NCBI RefSeq assembly: GCF_006345805.1
Contig: NC_043012.1
Span: forward strand, 16,802,001-16,866,000
Source of the DNA: Octopus sinensis
Lineage: Eukaryota
DNA: 64,000 bases
Reading direction: 5' to 3'
Shown here: piece by piece, positions 10,457 to 23,559 of the stretch
How the letters are laid out: each line of letters opens with the position of its first letter
Numbering within the stretch: position 1 is the first letter of the stretch
The notes under the pieces: model-generated
The model's database searches: none
Seen by the model: only the letters and a program-made list of their open reading frames with translations
What the model was told of the DNA's origin: nothing
Position numbers and translations under genes: made by a program

Positions 10457-13250
10457 TATATATGCATATATATATGCCATTCCATCGAAGATGGTATCAA
10501 ATGCGTCAAAATGAAATTAACACACATCATATATAACTTCTCATTCGTTTGAAGAAGGATGAAAAGCAAAGCTGACGCCTCATCCCCCATTGGATTAGAA
10601 CTTAGATCTTAAGAACCTTGTAACTAAAGACTACGGCATTTCGTCGGCTCATTTAGCGTTTTCGTCGTAGAAATATATACCGATCCAGTTCTTAAGACGG
10701 CAAAGTCGATCTGGACGGGATTTGAACTCAGAACGTAAGAAGGTGCAAGTAAATACTGCAAGGTATTTAGTTTGACACTAAGGAACCTGTTAATTCATCG
10801 CCCTGAAGGACTTGCGTGCATTTTATTCTGTCGAAAGACTGCTGTTGTTATCGCAAAGCTTTCCCGCGATGTGCTGAGCTAGCACATTATCACATGATCA
10901 AGTGACGTCACAGCTAGTTGATCTTGGGACAACGACGACGCAAACGTCAGGAGGTGCATTCCGATTCATTGCTTTGCACTATTATTGTACCGTTGTTTGG
11001 CTCCAGGGTTAACTCGATTCGTGCAGACTTATGATCAAAGGCTTTGCTGGCTATGGCCTTCTAAATCTGCTATGGTAGAACTACGTTATCTAATGAGTGT
11101 TTTTAATTAAGGCAGGAGTGTGTGACTTGGAGGCTGCTATTTCTAGCGTAGAAGTTTCAGCGTTGGCACGTGAACTGTACTGTAGAAATTTTGCGCTTAA
11201 TCCTCATGTGAATGCGCTTGATCCGCTGTGAATGAAAAAAAAAACACCAAAAACTTCGACTAACTAAAATTATCCAAGCAATTAGTTGACAAAATTTTCC
11301 TCTGGGGGTGTGTTTCAAATCTAAACAACGAAGAAGGGAGATAAATCCAACAAGATCAGCGGATCGAAATATTCAACACTACATAATGCAGGTTGTTCAG
11401 ATCCTCGGTTCGTCTCTCGTTTTCTTAGCGTTGCTGATCCATTCATGCTGCAGTTGCTGATGCAACACCGACGTCTTTTCTGCTGCAGTGTATAAGCTTT
11501 GCTGTTTGCATCATAAAAATGCAAGTGCATCACTTAGTCGTCACGAGATTGGTTTGGCGCTCCAATTTAACTCAAGGCAATTTATTTTCTTTTACTCAAT
11601 AAATAATAATAATAATAATAATGAATAAATAAATAAATAATCGTTAGTGAAAGTAATGAGAGCGACCCCAATATCAAAACACCATACCACTACTGACACG
11701 ACCTCATTCATAGAATAAAACAACTGCAACAGAGTAGCAGTAACATGAGAAAATAAATAGACCGGTATAAGAATAGGAGAAGACGTGAAAGAGGAACCAT
11801 AACAACAACAATACCATCGTTATCACCACCAACAGCATTATTAGTACTGACGAAGACAATAACTTCTCAGTCCCAGCCTGAATTGTAAAGTTTCATGTAT
11901 ATGTGACGAAGCGCGTAAATATGTGATACAAACGAGTATAATAAGCAGAACGAAAGATCAGACTAAACACAACAGTGAAAGAAGAAGAAGACTGCCGACA
12001 ACTGCAATGAAGAGAACAAACGATATAAAAATCAATATCAATATCAGTATCGGCAACTGATATAATAAATAAATATAAATATCATCTGCACAGAATATAG
12101 AACAACGGAACGGTATTCTACGTAACAACGGAACATCTTTCTACGGAACAGTGGAACATACCCCGGGAAAGTGAACAAGCTTAAAGTATTGCAATGGCTT
12201 GAGAAATATCTGTAGATTCCCTTTAATATTATTATCTTTTACACCTCCCTTTTATCGATATCCTCCACTTACATTCCCTGTTTTTTCATATCTTGGAATT
12301 AAACAACGTAGAAAATAAACAACACACACAGCAACATCGATAGGACCATTCGATAAACACAAGTCATGTTTGTATTACCAAGTCATTTGATTGTTAATTA
12401 AAATGGTAAGTAATGTTATCAGATAATTTCTTTTGACGTGACCAACTTTTTGTAGAGTATAATTAATTTTTTTGGGGGAAAAAAACCCCAACAAACACCT
12501 TAATTTTTTTATAACTTAACCTCATCCAAACCAAGGAGTACGCGCAAATTTGTATTTCTGAATGAATGATTGATTGATATATTTTCCTTTTTTGATTTGT
12601 AGCTAGTAATTTTATGGACATCATATCGATAGATGAAATATTAAGTTTGCTTTAATTAAGGTCTAAATTCGGAATTACAAACCTTAACAATTAATAGTAA
12701 CTACTCTAACCACTCGTTGTAGAGCGATGGTTTACACTGCAAGTTCGGGTTGATTTCCTTAAACACTTAAGTAACATTAATTAATTTCTTTGGACTTGAA
12801 TGCGCTATAAAGAACGATGTCGCAATTATAATGTACTCCTAATTATTCTATGGATTCTTGAAATACTTAAAAGGCATGAACCGGGAAATATAGAGGGACA
12901 TATCTTTTTTTTTTCTTTTCTTATTGTTTCCGTACAGAGATGGCGATATAGTCGATCGAATTTTATCAAAGTATCTTACTGTATTTTGGGTTATAATTGA
13001 TTGTTTTGCCATCAAAATGAAAGAAACAAATACACATACACACACACATTCACATATCTGTCTATAGATTCAGATATTTCAGGGACCACACCTCTTTAAA
13101 TATTATTGAATATTAAATAATTACAAACCTTACACATTTTAAATATTAAAATCTTTATTTTCGTTGTGAAAATCATTTTTTTTTTTACAACCATTACGTT
13201 ACGCGATTGCTTTCTATTTTCTGAATTCGGAGTGCGCGTGTGTGCGTTTG

Positions 13251-13320
<70 letters not shown>

Positions 13321-13384
13321 CCTCTTTTGCCTGCGTTGTTTGCCTTTTAAGTGCTGTGGTTTTACTGGGATCTCCCTTTTAAGT

Positions 13385-13683
13385 AGAAAGAATAGCCATA
13401 ACTCTTTGACTGCTATTTCTAAATTCGGTGTGTGGTGAGGCAAATCGTTGCTAAACCCTTAATTACTTAGTATATATATATATGCACACATGGGTCTCAA
13501 AATGCGTAGATAACTATGAACAATTGAAATTTTCACCTACACTCTGACGCACTGCGTTTATTAATTATTATTTATTTTCTAATGAACATGCACACATCTC
13601 TCTGTCTCTCACCCCGTATCTCTCTTTTTTTTTCTCTCTATCATCTCGCTCTATGTGTGTGTATGTGATTGTCTGTCTGTCTG

Positions 13684-13739
<56 letters not shown>

Positions 13740-13826
13740 AGAAAGAATAGCCAAAACTCTTTGACTGCTATTTCTAATTCGGTGTGTGGTGAGGCAAATC
13801 GTTGCTAAACCCTTAATTACTTAGTA
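13385..13826. repeat. Local ~88-bp direct duplication, 355 bp apart
   Basis: AGAAAGAATAGCCA...TTACTTAGTAT at about 13385-13473 and 13740-13826. Confidence 0.85.
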
Positions 13827-13914
13827 TTACTTAAACCTTCCTTGAATGGGGCTTTTACATGCCGAACTCTACTTGGTGAAATTAATGATTATTCCAAATT
13901 AATTAATTTCACCC

Positions 13915-13989
<75 letters not shown>

Positions 13990-13991
<2 letters not shown>

Positions 13992-14008
13992 TTATGTGTT
14001 TACTCCGG

Positions 14009-14039
<31 letters not shown>

Positions 14040-14088
14040 TTACTCCGGTATATATATATATATATATATATTTATGTGTTTACTCTCC

Positions 14089-14120
<32 letters not shown>
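13990..14120. repeat. Minisatellite of TATGTGTTTACTCCGG plus (TA)n, three units
   Basis: Direct reading. Confidence 0.8.
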
Positions 14121-14127
<7 letters not shown>

Positions 14128-14519
14128 TCATACATATAGGTGGGTGTGTGCATGAAAAACGTAATATGTACATTGTGTTCTGTTTTTCATCTCGGTAATA
14201 GCGACGTATTGATTCTATAAAATGCTCCGGTTCGTCTGTCGAATGTTGATAACTAGATGCTTGCTCTATCACATACTATATTTATTCCATCCACAGAGAA
14301 TGCGACCTGATGTTTCTATAGCTATTGCAAAGATTGATGCTGCTGGTTTCACCATGTTTTACTTCTCATTGATCATTTGTGTATTTTTATTATTATTTAT
14401 TCTCCACCGCCCACTTTCGATTTTCAAAATCATTCCATTCCGTATTTGCATAAGACGACGAATGCACTTCGACTTCGATCTGTGTGTGCATATACCTATA
14501 CTTACATAATACACACACG

Positions 14520-14556
<37 letters not shown>

Positions 14557-14653
14557 ATGTGTGTATAAGTGTGCAATGCACACTGCTGTCACCTTTACTC
14601 CCGTTTAAGCAATCACGATCACCGCTAACTCCAGCACCACCATTAATAACATA

Positions 14654-14755
14654 GGCGCAGGAGTGGCTGTGTGGTAAGTAGCTTGCTAACCAACCGGGCC
14701 GACCAATGCCTTGTGAGTGGATTTGGTAGACGGAAACTGAAAGAAGCTTGTCGTA

Positions 14756-14804
<49 letters not shown>

Positions 14805-15002
14805 TTGTGTTTGTTCCCCTAGCATTGCTTGACAAACGATGCTGGTGTGTTTACGTCCCCGTCACTTAGCGGTTCGGCAAAAAGGGACCGATAGAATAAG
14901 TACTGGACTTACAAAAAAAGAATAAGTCCCGGGGTCGAGTTGCTCGACTAAAGGCGGTGCTCCATCATGGCCGCAGTCAAATGACTGAAACAAGTAAAGA
15001 GA
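14654..15002 (+). mobile_element. SINE family A, full length (tRNA-like head, internal TA/TG microsatellite)
   Basis: GGCGCAGGAGTGGCTGTGTGGTAAG head with A-box; CCTTGGGCAAG core in other copies; tail GAAACAAGTAAAAGAG; more than 20 copies or fragments in the window. Confidence 0.88.
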
Positions 15003-15418
15003 ATACCCAGCAACTATAATCACTACCACTTCTCTATAATCTGTGCCACAAACAACGACTACAGCTAGCATTACTACCACCACTACTACTACTATAAGTG
15101 TCACAATCTAGACGGTTTACAATCTCCAGCACCACCACTATTAATACTACTACTGATAATAATAATAATAATAATAATGATAATCATTACTGCACCGCCG
15201 GCGCTGCTGCTACCACCCAACATCTCAATGATTTTCCTTTCACATTCGGCGCTCGTGTATATATTAGTGTGTGTATACGTACGTGCATACATACGCACGC
15301 ACAAGTATACAATAGCGTCGGCAAAAGTTAAACCGAGTGTCGCATTATTTTTGTGAAATATATATATATATATATATAAGCAATCTTCCAGTATTAGTAG
15401 ATGTGCGCGCGCGCGCGC

Positions 15419-15456
<38 letters not shown>

Positions 15457-15512
15457 GTAAGCAATCTTGTATTAGTAGATTGTGTGTATATGTGGTATGT
15501 ATATGTACATAT

Positions 15513-15551
<39 letters not shown>

Positions 15552-16479
15552 AGCAATCCTCCGATATTAGTAGGTGTGTGTATATATATATATATATATG
15601 AAGTATGTATATACATTTGAAGCGGAGGTGTCAATGCGCACAAAAAAAAAATCCCGAAAAGGGGTGGGGTGCCTATTGTACATCTCTGCCGAATATTATG
15701 CATTATGGTATATATATTATATAGATATATAGTGTATGTGTGTGAGCGCGCACACAAATCTGAGGAACAAATTCTCAAGGCATAGCATAGAGTAAATAAT
15801 ACCAATTAAGATATTGAGATTTTACGCAATATTTACTTCGGGTATTGCGTTATTGCTTTTCGCCACGTTGAAAACTGAATGAAGTAAGTGTTTTTAAACG
15901 CAACTTTTTTGTCTTGGAATTGCTCTTGAGTATTGTCACCCATCATTACCATATTTAGGGAGCCAGTAAAGACCAAAAAATTTGGGAAAAGGTTTAGAGG
16001 GTGAATTTATGTGAATGTTAAGCAAGTCTCTGCCAACGACTCTGAACATTTTTAATAAGAAGTTTAACTTTGTATAACATCTCTGGCACATACTATACTT
16101 TGAACAAAACATTGTAGAATCTTCCCGCCTTTCTTGTTCGCTCTTCTAACCAGATCAGACAGTTTGCCTCATCAAAAGAACCCTTTGCAATGAAACGATT
16201 ATTATTGCTTCTGGTTGGTGTACTTTGGTTGAAGGCTGGTAGCTAATCTGTTGTTGATGGCTCACTACGTAAAGATGCTAAACTTCATTAAATTCTAGGC
16301 TTGATTAGTTATACATTAAATAGGTGACTCTTTTCATGGGACTTATACAGATCCTACTTAATCCTACGTTTTGCAAATGATAAATTGTTACTGCTTATCT
16401 CCGTCTTCATATTTGATTTCCTACGTTAAATTCTATTAAGAAACGGGATCCGAAAGCAGCATCCAGATTCCACTGCTCG

Positions 16480-17065
16480 ATGATAAAACATATAATATAT
16501 TTGAGGATGATAGATGCTTAATCCAATTTTCCTTTGATGTGACAGAAACCATAAGTGCTCTTCAAAGCGTGATCAATGGAACAATTACCGACAGGAATTC
16601 ATGCTTATCCCAATAATGTTATTTTAGTTGGAAAAACTGTTGACGAATAACGATGGCGATTTGGCTCAATTTACTTTGTTAATTAAGAGTTTTGACATTA
16701 CAGTCAACAATGGCAAATAGCTTCTCTGCCAAACATCCATTTGTTTCCTAGGATACAAAATAGAAAATAATTTGCTGCAAATAATTCTTTGCAATTAGAC
16801 TTGGAATAATAAACCCTCTTGTTGATTGCCCAGCACACCTAACAATGCTGAACAACGACGGTTACTAGTTTTCTTTAGTTACTACTTCAAAAATACGTCT
16901 CATTTCTTGAAATTAATTCGACATCTATTAAATTCTTCTTTTCCATTGCAAAGAAGATACCCAAGAGGTGCTTAAAACTTTGATAGTAATACCTCTCTTT
17001 CAACTATTTTACATAAAAATTCCACTACATGTTGAAACAAATGTCTCTGGTTCTATATAAAACTG
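16480..17065 (+). mobile_element. Highly decayed Gypsy-type LTR retrotransposon RT/RNaseH remnant
   Basis: Degenerate PFDVTETISALQSVI, AYPNNVILVGKTVDE (YxDD region), ICFLGYKI, PLHVETNVS; many stops. Confidence 0.6.
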
Positions 17066-17419
17066 ATGCTTTCTTCTCCCAAACTTTTTTTTCATGTTCC
17101 CAACGAAATCTTTCCTTAATTGAAAAGAAAGCTGTGACTGTCCAAGAAAGTGTTAGGAAGTGAAATTGTTTACTTAGAAGCTATTTCATATCACACATCG
17201 TTATTTCAACGTTCGTTTTTCCATGTTTGCATGGATCAGGTGAAATTGGTTGAGGCAGATTTTCTATGGCCATGTTTTTCATGGAACATTGGAAATGATG
17301 GACCCTGCTGCATGATGGTAACTCTTGTTTTGCAAATATGTAATCTCAAGACAAGGAAGTCACCAAATTACACACGCATGCGCGCACGCACACACACACA
17401 CACACACGTTCATATATAT

Positions 17420-18080
17420 CAAATCAGATATCAGAAAGCAGAACACCAACTCAAATCAGATATCAGAAAGCAGAACCAAAATCGAAGTCGATCAACATCA
17501 ATGGAAATTGCAGCTGTGATACCAGTGCCAGTGACAAGTAAGCAAACCATCCGATTGTGGCCGTTGCTAGCGCTGCCCCGACTGGGCCCCGTGCTGGTGG
17601 CACGTGAAAAGCACCATCCGTTCGTGGCCATTGCCAGCCTCACCTGGCCCCCGTGCCGGTGGCACGTAGCACCATCCGTTCGTGGCCGTTGCCAGCCTCG
17701 CCTGGCCCCCGTGCTGGTGGCACGTAAAAGCACCTTCCGTTCGTAGCCGTTGCCAGCGTTGCCTGGCCCCCGTGCCGGTGGCACGTAAAAAGCACCATCC
17801 GATCGTGGCCGTTGCCAGCCTCGCCTGGACCCCGTGCCAGTTGCACGTAAAAAGCACCATCCATCCGTGGCCGTTTGCCAGCTCTGTCTGGCACCTGTGC
17901 GGGTAGCACGTAAAAAGCACCCACTACACTCATGGAGTGGTTGGCGTTAGGAAGGGCATCCAGCCGTAGAAACACTGCCAGATCAGACTGGGCCTGGTGC
18001 AGCCTTCTGGCTTCACAGACCCCAGTTGAACCGTCCAACCCATGCTAGCATGGAAAGCGGATGCTAAATGATGATGATGA
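17420..18080 (+). mobile_element. SINE family C with internal ~61-bp tandem array and RTE-like (ATG)n tail
   Basis: Six units starting at 17591, 17653, 17711, 17772, 17834 and 17897; tail GGTTGGCGTTAGGAAGGGCATCC...CCATGCTAGCATGG...(ATG)n. Confidence 0.85.
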
Positions 18081-18478
18081 TATATATATATATATATACA
18101 CGACAGGCTTCTTTCAGTTTCTGTCTACCAAATCCATTCGCTAGGTCTATAGCAGAAGATACTTACCCAAGGTACCTCATAGTGGGACTGAACCAGTAAC
18201 CATGTGGTTGGTAAGCAAACTTATCAACTACACAACCACACCTGTTCAATGAAGCAATCTCATGATGTACATAGTCATTCGCAAAAGTAAAGTGAAAATG
18301 AAGAATGATAAAATTAAAACTGTGCAATTATTAGACATTCTTGGAGTGGTTGATGTTAGGAAGAGCATCCACCCATAAAAACCAGGCCAAAACAGACACT
18401 GGAACCTGGTGTAGTTCCCTGGCTTGCCAGCTCCTGTCACACTGTCTAACCCTTACTAGCATGGTAAACAAACATTAA

Positions 18479-18700
18479 CCCTTTTGTTACCATATTTCTC
18501 TTGAGATGCTCTGTATTTCTTTCAATTAATTTTAAATATAACAAAGAATTTAGTAAAATAACTTAGTTATCATTAAGCTAGTGTTAGGAACATAAATTGT
18601 GGCTAAGTTTTGGTGGGAGATTTTAATTCTGAACTTTTGAAAATAAGACATTTGTACTGCAGAGCCAGAGGCAGTTTCAGGCAGGTTGGTATCGAAAGGG
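18479..18700. mobile_element. piggyBac-like MITE
   Basis: TTAA|CCCTTT ... AAAGGG|TTAA; a second copy starts at 18721 and is split by SINE A. Confidence 0.75.
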
Positions 18701-18802
18701 TTAAATTAATTATTTGTTAACCCTTTTCTTACCATATTTCTGTTGAGATGCTCTGTGTTTCTTTCAATTAATTTTAAATATAACAAAGAATTTAGTAAAA
18801 TA

Positions 18803-19190
18803 GGTGCAGGAGTGGCTGTGTGGTAAGTAGCTTGCTTAACAACCGCATGGTTTTGGGTTCAGTCCCACTGCGTGGCACCTTGGGCAAGTATCTTCTACTA
18901 TATAGCCTCAGGCCGACCAAATCCTTGTGAGTGGATTTGGTAAACAGAAACTGAAAGAAGCCCGTCATATATATATATGTATGTGTGTATATGTTTGTGT
19001 CTGTGTTTGTCCCCCCACCATTGCTTGACAACTGATGTTGGTGTGTTTATGTCCCTGTAACTTAGTGGTTTGTAAAAGAGACTGAGAATAAGTACTAGAC
19101 TTAGAAAAATAAATCCTGGAGTCAATTTGTTCGATTAAAGGTGGTGCTCCAGCATGGGCGCAGTCAAATGACAGAAACAAATAAAAGAAT
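18803..19190 (+). mobile_element. SINE family A inserted in the second MITE copy
   Basis: MITE sequence resumes at about 19192. Confidence 0.85.
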
Positions 19191-19795
19191 AAAAATAACT
19201 TAGTTATCATTAAGTTAGTGTTAGGAACATAAACTGTGACTAAGGTTTGGTGTAAGATTTTAATTCAAAACTTTTGAAGACAAGACATTTGTACTACAGA
19301 GCCCGAGTATTTACCTAGATTGCTCTCTGTAAACAAAACAAAACAAGACAACAAAAAAAAAACCAACAAAAATTTTATTGCTGGTTTAATCCAAACAACA
19401 AACAGTAACCAAAGATGAATCATGTTAAACTGATTAAAACTTTGTGTCCCTTATCTGTTTGTATCAAAAACCCAGATGATTGTCAAAGTTTGATTGATTT
19501 CTTGAAGAGTTGGAAGCACCAACCCTCGGTCAAATACCAAACTCTGGTTTGATTGTGGCAACCACTAAATGGGAAAAAAAAAATCACTGATTGCTGCAAT
19601 CACCACTGTTAACTTTTTTAAGAATCTTGTCCAAACTAGGATCACTGATGGATCTTCCATTTACAAAGGCTCAGTAAGAGAAGCTCAGTAAGATGAGCCA
19701 AGCTCAGTAAGATGAGCATGGGAAGAGTTCAGTATTGATTTGGTTCTTGAAGAGGTAATTATCTCTCCACCATTAGAATTTCCTGAATTCAATTC

Positions 19796-20030
19796 CTGAA
19801 TAATTATAGTAATAATGATAATAATAATAATAATAATGATGATAACAACAACATCGAAAAATACCTTAGGAATGAGAACCCAGGTTCGAAATTTCCCCAA
19901 GACACCTGATGAAGGCTGGAGAGTATATCAGCTGAAACATTGTGTTAACAAAGAAGATGAGGACAAATATCCGTCAAATGTAAATAATGTAAATAATTCC
20001 TCATCTCTTAGATATAGAACTGTGCTACTA
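19796..20030 (+). mobile_element. HHR-tailed SINE-like family H, headless copy
   Basis: (TAA)n spacer, AACATCGAAAAATACCTTAGGAATGAGAACCC, HHR motif 19901-19946, AT-rich tail. Confidence 0.8.
19901..19946 (+). ncRNA. Minimal type I hammerhead motif (Penelope type), two substitutions
   Basis: GACAC CTGATGA A GGCTG..CAGCT GAA ACAT T GTGTT. Confidence 0.65.
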
Positions 20031-20645
20031 AATTGTTATTGCTACTTTTGATCCAGGTGCATTCTGATGTACTTTAGCTGAAGTCTGACAATCAACCATT
20101 TGATATATCTAGGCATGCATTTACTCGAATGCTTCCAACACTGAATTTAAACATTTTATCCAGATAATATGATTTACTAACTATTTCTCATTCCAACATA
20201 CCCTCTTCTTCTCATTAATGAGAATTGTGCCTTTATTGAAAGCAATATCAGATGTTGAAATGCATGTATGTAGGCTGTGATATACAAACCCTGAGTGGGT
20301 ATTTCGTTTGTTTGTTGGTCAATACACTTAAGTCTACGCCTTCCTGTCAGAAATAAGTTTTATCTGGGAATAGTGTAGCTGGGATAATTTCCCTTCCTGC
20401 CTATAGGAAGATATGTCCCTTATCTGTTTTAAAAACTATAAAAAGCAAAGCTAAGACCTTACCTATGACTGCTAAAGACCCTTTACATTATTGTGGGCTT
20501 GATTACTTATTCTAGGGGAAATCTAATAATGTGGGCAATTTGGCCCTGGGTCTATACTCAAAAAAGTGGGCAGGATGGTGGTAGCTTAAGTAGTATTGTT
20601 TTGTCAAGGTTGACTTGGGTTCAAACACCAATAACATTTGCAAAC

Positions 20646-20689
<44 letters not shown>

Positions 20690-20691
20690 CT

Positions 20692-21112
20692 CTCTTTACT
20701 CTCTTGTTTCAGTCATTTGACTGTGGCCATGCTAGAGCACCACCTTTAGTCGAGCAAATCGATCCCAGGACTTGTTCTTTGTAAGCCTAGTACTTGTTCT
20801 ATCGGTCACTTTTGCCAAACCGCTAAGTTATGGGGACGTAAACACACCAGCATCAGTTGTCAAGCGATGTTGGGTGGGTGGGGGGTGGGGGGGCAAACAC
20901 AGACACACAAACATATACACACACACATATATATACATATATACGACAGGCTTCTTTCAGTTTCTGTCTACCAAATCCACTCTCAAGGCTTTGGTTGGCC
21001 CGAGGCTATAGTAGAAGACACTTGCAAACATAGTAGGTGCCACGCAGTGGGACTGAACCTGGAACCATGTGGTTGGTAAGTAAGCTACTTACCACACAGC
21101 CACTCCTACACC
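20692..21112 (-). mobile_element. SINE family A, full length
   Basis: Reverse complement of the family A sequence. Confidence 0.85.
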
Positions 21113-21816
21113 TGAGGAAGTGGTAAGAAGTTCCTGGCTCAGTGCAAAAGAAAATACAGGAGGATCAGTCAATTATGAGTTTATTCAACATCTTCCCCTC
21201 TCGGATTCACACACTTATGCCAGCAGTCCTTCAGTTTTTCCAAACTTGGCAGAGCCCTAGTCATTCCAACCAGTTTTGTTCAGAGGGAGAAAGAGAGAGA
21301 GAGTGAGAGAGAAGAATTGATCAGTGATGGTTTTATTTATTACTGACCTCAGAAGGATGTAAGACAAAGTTGACTATGCGAGGATTTGAAACCACGTTAT
21401 GTAGAGTCAGAGTATAGCAAGACATTCTATTCAATGCATTGACAGTTCATTGCTTTAGCAATTATATTTTCATAATGAAGGTAATTAGATTTATTTTTTG
21501 TATCTATTTATATTTAATAATTATCAACTTATGTGGCCCTATTGTGTTACTTTGTTGAAGGACTTTACTCTGAAATGTGATATTTTTCTATTCCACACGG
21601 CAACGAAACACATAACAGGTGCAGGCATGGTTGTGTGGTTGAGAAGCTCACTTTTGCTACCATGTGATTTCAGGTTCACTCCCACTGGATGGCGCCTCGG
21701 GCAAGCGTCTTCTACTATTATAGTCCTGGACTGATAAATGCCTTGTGAGTGAAATTTGGTAGAGAGAGAGAGAGAGGGACACACACACACACACACACAC
21801 ATTATTAGATTATAAA

Positions 21817-21856
<40 letters not shown>

Positions 21857-21925
21857 GGAGTAAACACATAAATGTGAAACAAGGTGGAAAAAAGAGTACT
21901 CAAATACCAGTGGTAGAGTAATATG

Positions 21926-22083
21926 CTTTATTTTAAGCAGCAGAAAATTCAACAAAATCTGTTACTCTGAGTTTCTCGTTGCCGTTCATCAGACAGTTTT
22001 TGCTAGAAAAAACTGTCTGATGAACGGCAACGAGAAACTCAGAGTAACAGATTTTGTTGAATTTTCTGCTGCTTAAAATAAAG
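21926..22083. repeat. 158-bp near-perfect palindrome within a Penelope-like element
   Basis: 79-bp arms centred on CTAG (22003-22006) with a single mismatch (22002/22007). Confidence 0.95.
22013..22050 (+). ncRNA. Minimal type I hammerhead motif (mirror copy at 21959-21996, minus strand)
   Basis: CTGT CTGATGA ACG-GCAA-CGA GAA ACTC-A-GAGT A ACAG; GUA site; A-A mismatch at 10.1-11.1. Confidence 0.72.
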
Positions 22084-22107
22084 TATATGTATATATATAT
22101 ATATTTC

Positions 22108-22310
22108 ACTCTTTTACTTGTTTCAGTCATTTGACTGTGGCCATGCTGGAGTACTGCCTTTAGTCGAGCAAATCGACCCCAGGACTTATTCTTTGTAAGC
22201 CTAGCACTTCTTCTGTTGGTCTCTTTTGCCGAACTGCTAAGTTACGGGGACGTAACACACCAGTATTGGTTGTCAAGCGATGTTGGGGGGACAAACACAG
22301 ACACACAGAT

Positions 22311-22346
<36 letters not shown>

Positions 22347-22514
22347 TCACATATATACGACGGGCTTCTTTCAGTCTACCAAATCCACTCACAAGGCTTT
22401 GGTCGGCCTGAGGCAATAGTAGAAGACACTTGCCCAAGGTGCCACGCAGTGGGACTGAACCCAGAACCATGTGGTTGGTAAGCAAGTTACATACCACACA
22501 GCCACTCCTACGCC
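22108..22514 (-). mobile_element. SINE family A, full length
   Basis: Reverse complement of the family A sequence. Confidence 0.87.
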
Positions 22515-22879
22515 TTTGTATGTATATATATATTATAATGGGGGAGGCTGGTTTATGAGGTTACCCTGGGTTTCTTGCTCATAAGGTGTATCTTCAGACT
22601 CCCAAACACTGCTGGCCTAAGACCTCTTCAAAATATGGAGAGGGAAATGCCTCACTTATAAGGGTAAACACTAGGTGATTATCTACATTTGCCATTGGCC
22701 ATTGAGCTTCGGCTGCACCACCATCTTAACAGAGCTAAGTGATGATGTAAATCTTCAATGTTGTAAAACAAAAAATTGTCAGGATAAAACATTAGAGTTA
22801 CCGACTGTCAAACTTGGTGCACAAGAAAATTGGACATTTCATTCTAAATGACCTGCTATATATATATATATATATATGT

Positions 22880-23275
22880 CTTTTACTCTTTTACTTGTTT
22901 CACTCATTTGACTGCGGCCATGCTGGAGCACCGCCTTTAATCGAACAACTCGACCCCGGGACTTATTCTTTTGTAAGCCCAGTACTTATTCTATCGGTCT
23001 CTTTTGCCGAACTGCTAAGTAACGGGGACATAAACACACCAGCATCGGTTGTCAAGCAATGCTAGGGGGAGAAACACAAACACACAAACACATAAATATA
23101 TATACATATATACGACGGGCTTCTTTCAGTTTCCGTCTACCAAATCCACTCACAAGGCTTTGGTCGGCTCGAGGCTATAGTAGAAGACACCTGCCCAAGG
23201 TGCCACGCAGTGGGACTGAACCCGGAACCATGTGGTTGGTAAACAAGCTACTTACCACACAGCCACTCCTGCGCC
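22880..23275 (-). mobile_element. SINE family A, full length
   Basis: Reverse complement of the family A sequence. Confidence 0.88.
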
Positions 23276-23559
23276 TATATATATATATTGTCGACATCAT
23301 AAGAATTTATGAACTTTTGAGAAAATGCGAAATAATTCCTTTTTAGGACAGTGGACCTTGAAGCACATAAAGCTATAAATATTGGGTTACAAATCCCTTT
23401 GGACAGAAAAAGTTGAAGCTGCCCAGCATTTCATTTTTTTCTAGTGAAAGGTTTTTCTTAACCCCAAATTTACACGTTGCATTTGAGTCTCACGGAGAGG
23501 ACTGAGACTGCTGGTGATGTGCTGTGCTTGAGAAGACATGTTAAGCTGAGTGAAATTGT

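Noticed and set aside
17150-17920. Long overlapping ORFs with repeated MVLFTCHRHG or ATATNG motifs (also at 40091, 48711 and 50822)
   Set aside because: Produced by the GC-rich 61-bp SINE C array being open in several frames; no protein signature
17591-17920. CRISPR-like repeat-spacer appearance
   Set aside because: The inter-repeat sequence is itself repeated, the context is eukaryotic and there are no cas genes
19590-19680. Weak Merlin/ISXO2-like peptide (RITDGSSIYKG)
   Set aside because: Too short and degenerate; no TIRs found
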